From Perna viridis (lineage: Eukaryota): a DNA stretch of 64,000 bases. The notes under the pieces were generated by a model. The model was not told the origin of the DNA. It worked only from the letters and a program-made list of their open reading frames with translations, and did no database searches. The DNA lies in NCBI GenBank assembly GCA_037379345.1, contig CM074512.1, positions 62,021,597 to 62,085,596 on the forward strand, given 5' to 3'. The translations under genes and the position numbers were made by a program. Shown here one piece after another: positions 50,831 through 62,147 of this stretch (positions within the stretch are counted from its first letter, which is position 1; each line of letters opens with the position of its first letter).

Positions 50831-53800
50831 TACTTTTCAAATGTAGTTACTCTGGAGTATTCATGTGGAAAAAAAGAGAAAAATGTGCATGACTTTTAAA
50901 ATTATGATGTTGCATTCTAATTTGAAAGCAAAGACTGTACATATAATTTCTGTCATAAGATTATAATATTGTGTGGACCAGTAGATATATATATATATAT
51001 ATATACAAATGTATATATAAGAACATACATATATTTTACAATGAGTTTACTGTGACCTGTGACCTTATTGAACTAGAATACTAGTTTTGCTAAATGAATT
51101 GAATTATTATCATCTTTTGAATAAGTAAAAATGGAGCTTGTTTTTTTTTTTTTGGTCTTTCAGTTATGCAGGTCAGCAAGGTCAAAGGTCATGGTCAACT
51201 CACTGTAATTTGACAGGTTTCAATGTATCATAGTAATATTATTCCTTAAACACATTTTTTACATTTGTTGGTCTTTTAAAAAAAAATCCTAGTATAATAA
51301 GTTCGTAACCTCTTAGTCTATCTCAGCTTTCTATCAACTGTAAATAGTTACATAACACTATAACAATAAAATTGAAAAAGATAGCACTTTCCGTAACCTT
51401 GTTCTTGACTCCATTTGCCTGTTTCAACATACTTTTTTTTCTAAACTGTTGTTTTTATTGTGTCAAAACGCCTCACTGATCTTTTGCTCATGCACACAAC
51501 ATGACTTCAAAAGAGCTTTCTCGAAAGAAAATCCACTGATATTTTTACAAAGTTGGCTCATTAGCCAATCAAAAGTGTTACTTAAATCACCCAATGATCT
51601 GTTGCTTATGCTCATTCACACAATTTTGCAATCATTGATTAAAACCCATTCATTTTATATAAACAAAAAACAACATTATCCTCAAAAATTTTATATCCCT
51701 GCTCAACAAGTCAATAATATGAGCTGAATTTATTTACAGTTCTTTTTTTTCTCTTTTTATACCCCCTGCTTAAAAGCCGAAGATATTGAAGGATCTTTTT
51801 AAAACTCTGTGTACTTATTAAATATCCTAAAATACAGATCAAGTCTATATACAATCCTTAGCATTATTATCTCAAAATTGCAATGATGGAATGACATCTA
51901 AGACTGGCAATGTGGTCTGTAACTGTCTCTGAATTTAGATAAATGGGAGAACCTCGTTTTTTTTTGTTTTTTTTTTTTACATGCATGTATGCTGTTTGTA
52001 TAACCTGCTACTAAAAAGGGCATGGAATTTCAACAAGTGTCAGTGACTATGTATTGATAAGTTATAATATGATGGTTGAATAGATATTGTTGTTTGTTAA
52101 AAGAGAATGATATGATAACTTATTTCACACCATGTATAGAGTTTTACCAAGGGAATGCATTTTTTGCTCACAGCTATTTGAACCTTTATATCTTTATGCT
52201 CTTATGTACACGTATTTAAGTGTGTATTTTCAGACTATATTGATATATTTATTCAATAAATGTTTTTCACTGAAGTTATTGAAATGTTAAAAGAATTATA
52301 AAAGCCATTTGTCACCAAGTTAAACAAGTAAACAGGAGGAGTGTTGAAAGACAATGCATTTGATTCATTGATTGGAACATACTAATTTTCTAGGATTCTG
52401 TCAAGTGGATGAATTTCGGGTATTGATTTTTGTGGTTTCAAAAAATAATTACCATGGCATATAGTATTAAAAATCAGTTTCACAGGTACTATTTTTCTGT
52501 CCAACACAATAATTTCAAAAATTAGTACACCATGAAAATTAATTAACTGTATGACATTTTGTGTCACAATGTATATTTCTCAAATATATATCCACTTAAT
52601 TATATGAATATGCTGAGCTTGTATTGTCATACATGTAGGTGTAATACTTCTTTAAATACCATAAACATTAGTCCGGTTCATATATATATATGTTTTCATG
52701 ACATGTTTTAAACAGTGCAATATCATCTGAACATGCCTTGAATGAAATGTTCCCACTGCTTCAAAGTGCTGATACTTGATACAGATCTTGTCAGTAACCT
52801 TCGCTGTAACTGGTCCATTTTGCTCCAGATTGTAATTTAAGTACAGCTCTACCTTAAAACCAGGCAGAAGCTTATGATTAATGATTCACCCATATCTTAA
52901 TCCCAAAATTCTTTTGATTGGTAGTCCTTCAGTAAGCCTCATAGAAACTGTATTCAACAATAAGAGCTCCAATGAAAGTTTGTCACTGGAGATAAAATAC
53001 TTAAATTTGGTAACAGTCTGCAATAGAAAAGTACAGGAATTTTTTCACCATAATGTTTAACTATAACCAATCAAAAAAAATTTTCACAAATACATAGCAG
53101 ATCCAAGGACATGAAAGCAGGAAGAGTTTTTTTTTTAAGATGTAACAAATGTGTTTGAACAGTTTCATCGATTTTCTTGAGATCACCCCTGCCTGATTTT
53201 GAGACAGACCTATACTTAATGGATATAACAAACTGTGATAAGAAATATAGTTGTCATTCATTAAAAAGTTATAGTCAGAACTGTAAGCTTTTAAAGCCCA
53301 TTCAAAGCAAAGGTTTCCCTTTAAAGTATTGATATCTTATTTATAAGTGAAGTATCAGTCTCTGTAAGAATCAGGTAGAGTGTGAAACGGTATGAAAAAA
53401 GATTTGTTGGTAAATGGAGTTTTAAATTTTAAAATGAACATTTAGAGGGCAGATAACTCTGTCAAAAATCGCATTTTTCTAACATTATTGAAACATTTCT
53501 GAGCAATTCCAGTGATGCAGAGATCAAATGATGGTCTTTTCAAATAGAAAAAGCATCCTTGAGTAAAATAAGATTATTAGATCAGTGGGATTTTTATATG
53601 CATGTTTCAGATTTTTTTGCCATTGTGTCTGATTCTTATAAAAACTTACACTTAAGAATTCTCATTGTTATTGACCAATTTCTATGTTAGTATCTCTTAC
53701 CAGTAATTGGTGTATTTGTGAAAGTATGAATAGAAACTTGAAGGATGAAGAAAGCACATAGATTTTTTGGTGTTCTATCTGTGGCAGTTTTACTTTTCAA

Positions 53801-53899
53801 CAGTTTACCCATCTTAGACACTGACTAATTTAGTAGCAGAAGGGGTTGGAATCTTTTTGAAGAAAATAAGTGTTACAAATTTGGGGAATTTTGGGAATC

Positions 53900-54193
53900 T
53901 TCTGATTCCTTCATACAATCTACATACCAATCTTTCGATAAAACTTCATGAAATTCTCTGGAGCAATTTAAGGAGAAAATGCACTGACAATGTTTAACAT
54001 GTAAAACCCTTGAGTTAGATTATATCCCTTAGGAGTCCTTCGACAGAAACTATATTCCTTCATGCACATTTATATATGATTCCCAACCTTCCTTAAAAAA
54101 ATTATCAAAAATCCCTTCAGCGGAGTTGCGTTCACAAGAAATGTAGATTGACAGACGGGCTGATTCCTGAAAAAGACTGTTTGCGGGGGTATA
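53900..54193 (-). mobile_element. HINE-like remnant
   Basis: Ends gacagacgg...tttgcgggggtataa, a short microsatellite plus a terminus typical of HINE-like repeats; left boundary approximate. Confidence 0.45.
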
Positions 54194-54299
54194 ATTATTC
54201 TGTATTTCCCCATTACTTAACAGAAAATATTTTCACATGAAAAAATGTTTATATTGGTTGCAGCTGAATTATAAATAAAGATGTTGCGATTGCACGAAC

Positions 54300-54544
54300 A
54301 AAACATTCTTATCCGACCTCAAATAGTATAGATTCTGTCGGGAGGCGAGGAATGCAACTTCACATAAATGGTATATGTACAAGGCAATTTTGTTACATTT
54401 TATTGCATTGCAGAAGAAAGTAAAGCGCTAGGTGACTTTTATAATGCCGCTGCAGTTGTCGTAAAAGGAACGTCGACGTCACAAACATCGTATCCGAGGC
54501 AGACGTCGCAGACAAGATAGATGCAGGTTGAGCTTCAGGAATCG
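54300..54544 (+). promoter_or_regulatory. CpG-rich promoter and candidate untranslated first exon of the LRR gene
   Basis: CpG density rises sharply from about 54280; strong donor ATCG|GTAAGT at 54544/54545; CRE-like GACGTCA near 54475. The link to the LRR gene is inferred. Confidence 0.4.
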
Positions 54545-56057
54545 GTAAGTTGTTTCCCAATGCAAATCATCTTTTCAGTGATGATCTTAAAACATGCTGC
54601 ATGTTCGTTCGTGTTGGAATCTCCATCTTCTACTGGTAAAAGGGAGCTAAATACAGATAAAACGTAATAAAACACTAAAAATAAGGCCCAAATTTTCGGC
54701 TTTACGGCCTCATTCAGGGCTGTGGAGAGACAGACTAGAGAGATAATGAAACCTTAAATTCAAGATCATTTTCTTGACTTTACACAATTCTTATACTAAA
54801 AATTCCGTCCCAATGTGGAATCTTAAAGGTTTAAGTTTTTTTCAGTATTTATGTTTCCCGCCATTATTATTAATCCGTCTGGCTTTTTGTTATGAAATAG
54901 ACGTGTGGAGCTGAGCTGATCTTACAAAATAAAGCCAAGCGACGTATTTTCTTGACAACAGATTATATTCTCATAAAGACGTGGACGGCTTATTGTATTT
55001 ACAGACGTATTCATCCGTAATCCATTAACGGCATTGATTTTAAACTTTGTAATAAACAGTAATTTCCATAAATTGTGAAACGTTTCCTCTCCTTTCCTTT
55101 GATAGTGTGCCTTTAATCATTAAGATCAGTTTGCCTTTATGAGAATTTCAGTAGAATTCTACGTTTGTTTCTAATCGATGAAATTGACAACGAGCTGCGG
55201 GAAAGGAAATGTCACCATTAACATTAGAAACAAGAAATCGACATTGTTATGAGATCGTAAATACATCGTAAATAACTAATACATCGCTAAAAGCATTCAA
55301 TTAGTATCCCTAAACATCGTAACTGCCAGTTATATCGACAATGTCAAATAGAATCTTATTTGATCACTAAAGATGTTGCTCCGAATACGACGGCTGAGCG
55401 GGGCACCATTCTATATGAGAAAATGCCGTTTCAAAAGCGATGCGTCGGACGGCCCAGATTAAAGTGATTCCAGTACCCATCATGGAGTCTTTCTGCATTT
55501 GTATGTGTCTGTAGAATTTTCTGATCAATTTAAGCACCATCATATTGTACCTTAGTTCCTTGAATATTTGTTTCTTTGTTCTAGCATTTATCATATTTTT
55601 TTTTATTTCAAATAATCACGCGTGTTAATTTTTTCTCTTGACCTGTGTCTTGTTTTCAAAATGATTGGCTCCGTCGTCCTAGAGAACGAGTAGTTTGTGC
55701 TCGATGGTTAAGTTGTGAATCTTATCTAATGAAATCTGAAATACTTGGCTTTTCAATTTTAAAATCTCTATATTTCACCTGTTAAAAGCCATTTAATTTA
55801 AAAATCATAGGTGTTAGATGCCGAGGTAAAATTTAAGGAGATCAAAAGGGTTGATAAATGCAGGTAAATCCAAGGGGTCACCGGAGGGAAGGAAAACAAA
55901 TAAATAACGATTGTCAAGCAATACAGTTTGTTTTACGCGGATTTTAACGACCTTGTTCAAACTGTCATCGGCTGTGATATTTTAGTAAACTTAGTTTAAT
56001 TGGATTTACATGTATTTGTCGCCACATACCTGTGATAAACCTTTAGTATATTGATGC

Positions 56058-56182
56058 GTGACGTCACATCAATGTGGTCTTCTTAGAGACAAGTTGTAGC
56101 TTCTCTAGTTACCGGGTTTAAATGGAGTTTCAGGAGAAATAAACGAAAATATCTTAGCTTTTTGGATATTGCACTTATTTAG
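56058..56182 (+). promoter_or_regulatory. Perfect CRE palindrome and a second candidate 5' UTR exon
   Basis: GTGACGTCAC at 56058-56067, followed by donor TAG|GTAAGT at 56182/56183. Confidence 0.4.
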
Positions 56183-58152
56183 GTAAGTAGCATATTTATT
56201 CTGTTTCTTTATTTTGTACCAGTGTATATATATTTTTTAAATCTGAGAAACAATGCTTCCTATCAGAATCGAATTGCACGACGACCCTTTAAATTGCTTT
56301 TGTCAAATAATATTGATATTATCATCCAGATTTAAAATGCGAACATCAAAATATTTACAGATAAAATGTAACTGAATGAAAGATAGTTTCATAAGGGGGA
56401 TTTGAATATGCTGTGACATGATTATATCCGTATAAATAGTGTGATAAGGATCAGTTTACTGATTTAATTAGACATGTTGACTTTAATTACTTATAAATCA
56501 GGGCTATCAATCTAATTTTAAGTAACTGGCAACGCTTCCGATTCTTTATTTAGCTCTCTACGACTCGAAATAACATGGGAAATTAGGAAATACATATTTC
56601 CCAAACACGGTTGTTTATTAAAGGCAATTCATGTTCAAATATGTGTCTCAAATGAAGTAGAATTAAAAAGGTTACGACTTATTATAAAAGGAGATTTATA
56701 TATATACAGATATATGTCAGGATTTTTTGCATTTTTTTATGATGAATATAAACCAAAAAGAAAACAATGGTACCTTACGTAAATACGAACAATGTACATG
56801 CGGCTCGGGATAGGTTTTTATGATCAAATTTCAAAGGTTGGACTTGGCAACAAAAGATGCATTCTGCGAGCTAAAAAGTAACCTTGGAGCATTTATATAT
56901 AAGAGAACTTATGTGTATAAATCTTTATCCGTCTTATATTTAAATAACAGAACTTTTCATTATCCATTATGATAACATTGCCATTTAATCTACTTGAAAT
57001 TTATGTCAGAAAACAAGAAATCAAGCTGTATTTAAATAGCGTGAAATAAGACGTCAATTATTCATAGAGCTACATTCATGGAGTAATGTATGAACCTTTC
57101 CTTTATTCCACAAAGGAGTAATTGATTAAACCTTATGGGAAAGTACAACACAGCAAATAACTTGTGGTCACGAAATATCTTCGTAAGAATCTGTTTCAAC
57201 TAGGCTTTTGGGATTATATATACACAACATCTCTAGGTCATTCTAACGGCTAATACATACGAAGTCAGTGTAGTATTTGTCAGGTAAGCACTCTTTTTAA
57301 TGTTAAGAAAAAGGAAGAAACATTTTATCTGTTTTGAGTGGTTATATATAGACACTTGTAGGGAGACCAAAGAAGTGGAGAGATAGCGAGTTTCCCATGG
57401 GTACGTGAAGAGCATTTGTTGATAATTGGGACTGCCCGGGTCGCTAGCCGGGGCTGTTTCGTATGATAGTGCACCGGTATGTTCCTTGTGCTTTACTTTG
57501 TAACGTTAAATCTATATGAAAAATGTTCATTCTCGCTTGGTCTTGTTTTCATCGTCAATTTATTTTGGTGTTTTAACGTGCTAAAGGGTTAGTTTATGGC
57601 CAGTGTTGTGTTGGGGTTTTCAGTCAACCTAGTTGACCTTTTGAAATGCCGTGGGAAATGCCACAAAGCCACATAGTATTTACAATGGAATAGAAAGCTT
57701 CAAGATGAGTGCCGTCCGTGCGAGACCCGACAGGGTAGTCAAGGACGTTAAAAAAACCCTTAGTAGTACCTCAAGGTGAACTTTATCAATGGTTCACATA
57801 AGTCGTTCTTTCTCTCTTAGTTTCTTTTCATTCTCTATAAATCAGCTCTCGTTTAGTGTTACATGTTACGCTGGTCCAATATACTTATAATTTGTCAATT
57901 CACCAGCATATTGGTTGCTACAGGATTTTGATTATTTGTCGTTTCGAATAAACAGGTTCTTGTTTTATGGCTTGGATTAGACAAGTTTTTATGTTATTCA
58001 TGTAATGGAATAGGTAGGTTTTGGGTTTATTGTATTAATAGAGGGGACACGGGTTTATTCATGGTTATAAGCAGACAGGTTCGTAGTTTTGCTCATGGTT
58101 CGGAAAAGACAGGTCCTTGTTATATTCCTGATACAGAATTGACAAGTTAATG

Positions 58153-58379
58153 CAAGGGCAGATTCAGGCGGGGGCGTGGCGGGCGTGCGCCCCTTCTAAA
58201 ATTTGCAAAGCATGGGTTGTCGGGGATAGATTTAGGCGATTTTAGAATGAAACTTTAATTTCTCGCTAATTTTACCACAAAAGATATATCTACATTGCAA
58301 CCACTCTAGAATAATATTTCAAAAAATTAACCTCACAAAAACTTTTGCCCCCCAATCTAAAATCCTGGATCCGCCCCTG
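58153..58379 (+). mobile_element. hAT-type MITE of the CAGGGGCGGATCCAGG family
   Basis: TIRs caagggcagattcagg and cctggatccgcccctg; 8-bp TSD agttaatg/aattaatg with one mismatch. Confidence 0.85.
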
Positions 58380-59074
58380 AATTAATGTGTAGATATCCAT
58401 GTCAAGTACTGTACGTCCTGATTTGTTTGTTAGCTGTATTGTTACTAAGGTTTGGCATTTCTGAATTAACATTTATTTGAACCGAGGCCCTATAAGCTCA
58501 CTTTGACCCCATTTGACATTGATGAAAAGGTATTTTGATGAAGGCTGTATGATCACATATATATATGTGTGTGTGACATTTGCGGTTGGAATTGTGGGCA
58601 ACATAATGAGTGTTTCTGTAAAAGCGAATACGACAATGAATTTTGGAGGATACGAACTAACATCTAGACTGGGCTGCTCAGCAAAGTAAAGGCTTGTTAT
58701 GACAATTGCTTGAGTGACTTGTAGGTGAAGGGACATTTTTCTTCACTATTCTAGCTTTGACCCCTAATAATTCTACCATTTTTTGCACCCATATAATTCT
58801 TTTCTGTCAGTTTCTGTATGTTTTCTGTCGTGACGAATGTTTTGATGCATTGTTCCTTGTTTCTAATGTTTCGTCTTTACTTCTTTAACTTAAGAGTTAT
58901 GATCAATATTAATGTTTCCGAATGGCCCTAAAATATAATATTTTACAATTATACATTATATATTTCATGTTACATTAAGCACGTCACAATTATGAATATT
59001 GTTAAATCATTTGCATTTGTTTCACTATATGAATAGTTTATATCAACAAAACATCTCAGACAATATTGACTTTA

Positions 59075-59088
59075 GTAACCATGGCAAC
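59075..59088. promoter_or_regulatory. RFX X-box motif
   Basis: GTAACCATGGCAAC, a near-perfect X-box palindrome, about 3 kb upstream of the LRR ATG. Confidence 0.4.
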
Positions 59089-62000
59089 ACTATTGACATA
59101 TAACAATGACACAATGTTGCATTATCTATGATAGAAAAAGCCATCCGGGTTTTGAAATTTAAATCCATATTAAAACTACCTTTTTGATTTTTCATTCCAC
59201 GTACCATAAAATCGAAGACAATAATTGATTACTGAATCTAATGTGACAATTTCTCGCTCGCTTTGTTCTTTAAAAAAATATGCTTAGTCAGTTGCATATA
59301 TACTTTATTGAATTGTTTAAGGGCTATGAACAACTTATACAGTTCTATGAATTGAATGTTACATTATGTTGCCTTATTTTTCTGTTACCGTCATGGTAAG
59401 CCTACAACTAGTGGACGAGGTCTACTGAAGGATTTTTTATCACTAATCATAAGCTTCTGCCTGGTTTTAGGCAGAGGTGTACTTAAAAATGTATCAAGTT
59501 ATTTCAACAGCTAGCCCATTTTTTGTTACGCTTGGCCGAAAATGATTCCTAAAATGTCCATACTGAATTCTTTCAACTACCCAATTTTTGGTACGCTTTG
59601 TCTATTGAAGATATTAAGCTATGGATTCTGAATTCCACAATGCATCCTTTTGTTCAATAAAGTTAAAGGGGCTGTATGCATTTACCAATCAAGTACTTTA
59701 TTGCTTATCGTTCTGAATTCGGATTCATATTTTACAAAATGCACCGACTTGGCTAAGTGACCCAAAAACACACTCACAAAAATCTTGATGTTAAGTTTGC
59801 CAACACAGCTGATCTTTGATAATTTATTATATTGTGTGTAATTTATTTCTTTGTACATGCTTGTTCTAAATGACTTGGTAGTATGGACCAACATGCAGTA
59901 AAGTAGGGTGGCATGATGGAAAATTTAACAGTTACTTGTGGTACACTTACCTTCAATTTATTTCATTTCAATTGCATATGTATTATTTTGCATACTGTTC
60001 AAGTTCTTGTAATCTGTCGTTTGTGAGAAATTATAAAGACACTTAAGTACCATTCCATATAAAATTCAGACAATGCCAATGGTAGAAGCTTTACTTTTGT
60101 GTAACTTAAGTCCTTTCTGCATACAGATCTGTATTTTGATGAAAACTATACAGTCCTGGTCCACACAAATCAACTTAATCAAGAAAAATAACTCTTGCAA
60201 AGTTCTAATTCTATACACAATGGATGCTTTTATATCAAAAGTGCAACAAGCATATGACAATCTAAGACTAGTTATATGGTCTGTAACTGTTTCTTAGTAA
60301 GAAATTAAAGTCAAATAGGCGGGTTTTTGACATGCAGGATTCACGTCATGCCAGATCTTTGTAAAGACTGCCACTATAAACATGAAAGATAAAGTACGAT
60401 ATACTACGGCTCAGGGCGGACAATGAATATCTGTAAAAGGTATTCGCCACGTAAGTCAAGTCATATTGTCTGTCCGAATTTTTGTTTTGTAAACCGGTAC
60501 CATTTAATACATTTATATTTAGTAGAAGTCTTTACAAATTTCAAACAAGAGGTTACTCATGTTAAAAAAAACACGCATGTAGATCGAGAACGCATGGTTC
60601 GTGCGGTTTTATGTTTTTTTAACCACTTCTATCATTGACAATGTCTGAATTTTGTATGGATTGGTGCTTAAATCTACAGCCATTGATTTTAAGATTAACT
60701 TGGCTTTTCGAATACATACAGGTACATTCTTATGGACACCTCTATGAAAAGAGATTATATTTATCTCCTGGGGAGAATTTCTGTTCAATACATGCACGGT
60801 ATAATTAAAATTTTTCATATGAATATTCTTACTTTGATAACAACTAATTTAAATTTCACGTATTATCTATACTTCTATGGAGGAATATAAATATAGAATT
60901 TGATCTGCCCCGATGTAAATGCAGATACATAGAAAGTCAACTTTAAATATTTGTATTTCATCGTAGCAACAACGTACACACGAGTTTGTGACTTTCTATG
61001 CTGCAAAAGTTCACTTTACAATATAGAGTGAGTAAAGTTTACTTTCAAGTGGGAAACTTAAATATTTATTGATCTGCAAATATTTGATTGGAAACATTTG
61101 TAAATAGAAGTTGGACGGGAGAGGTCTTATTTTGTGGTTTGTCACGCTCAGTAATTTAAACATCTTTAAACATCATTTATAAAACAGCTGTAAAATCTCT
61201 TAAATCTATTTATTTACTCGTACATGTATGCTAATCGTCCATCAGTTTTATGCTAAATATATCGATTCGAATTAGTTTCTATCCTTGAAAATGTAAACTG
61301 AATTTTAGGTTTGAAACGGAAGTAAGGTACATTATCAATGTACGCATAAGGTCACGCTTTAAAAACCCTATATTGGTCGCAAAATGTGCTGAGTGTGCGA
61401 ATCCAGGCTATTGCTTGCTTATTTTCTTACCAAGATTAGCACATTTCTTTTTAATACCAAAAGGTTGTTCCGCCATTGTCATGTGATAAATTAAAATTAT
61501 GCCGAGATAGGCAACGCGGTGTGCGAATCCTGGCTGTTGTTTGCTTTTTTGTTACTAAGATTTACATTGTAATGTGATAAATTGAAATTAAAAACTTTTA
61601 CAGTTTACCTCCCTTTTGCGTGTAATGAACAAAGTGTGTTACTGATTCAGTCCGTCTTTAGAAACGCGACGTAAGTTCAAAACTCTCGGTCCCATGGCGC
61701 TTTTTATTTTGTTGTCTAAAGAACACATGTATTCTATTTTAGTATTTTAGTACTTGATGCCCTAGCATGAGAACGACAAGTCAAGGGGTACTAACTTGGA
61801 GATATTGAATGTTTACTTTTTATTTACAACCCCTTTAAATCTCAAAGAAGGTCGGATTATTTCTTGGAATAAATCAACTCGGAACTTTATCCTCTGAACA
61901 CATTATTATTTGGCTAGAGATCTACTAGGTTTATAATTTGAAAAAAAAAGCGTCTGGGAAACCGACTGTGATCGGGAAATCAGAAAAATGTAGGCAGGTA

Positions 62001-62147
62001 AAATACGTACTGATAAGAACAACGCAATATCTAATTCTAAAATCTAAACTTGAAAAAAAAAAACTATTTCAATATTGATTGTTATTTTTTTTACAGATTA
62101 TCAGAATAAAATGGTAAAAGGCTGACAGTGCAATAACCTCAGTCGAA

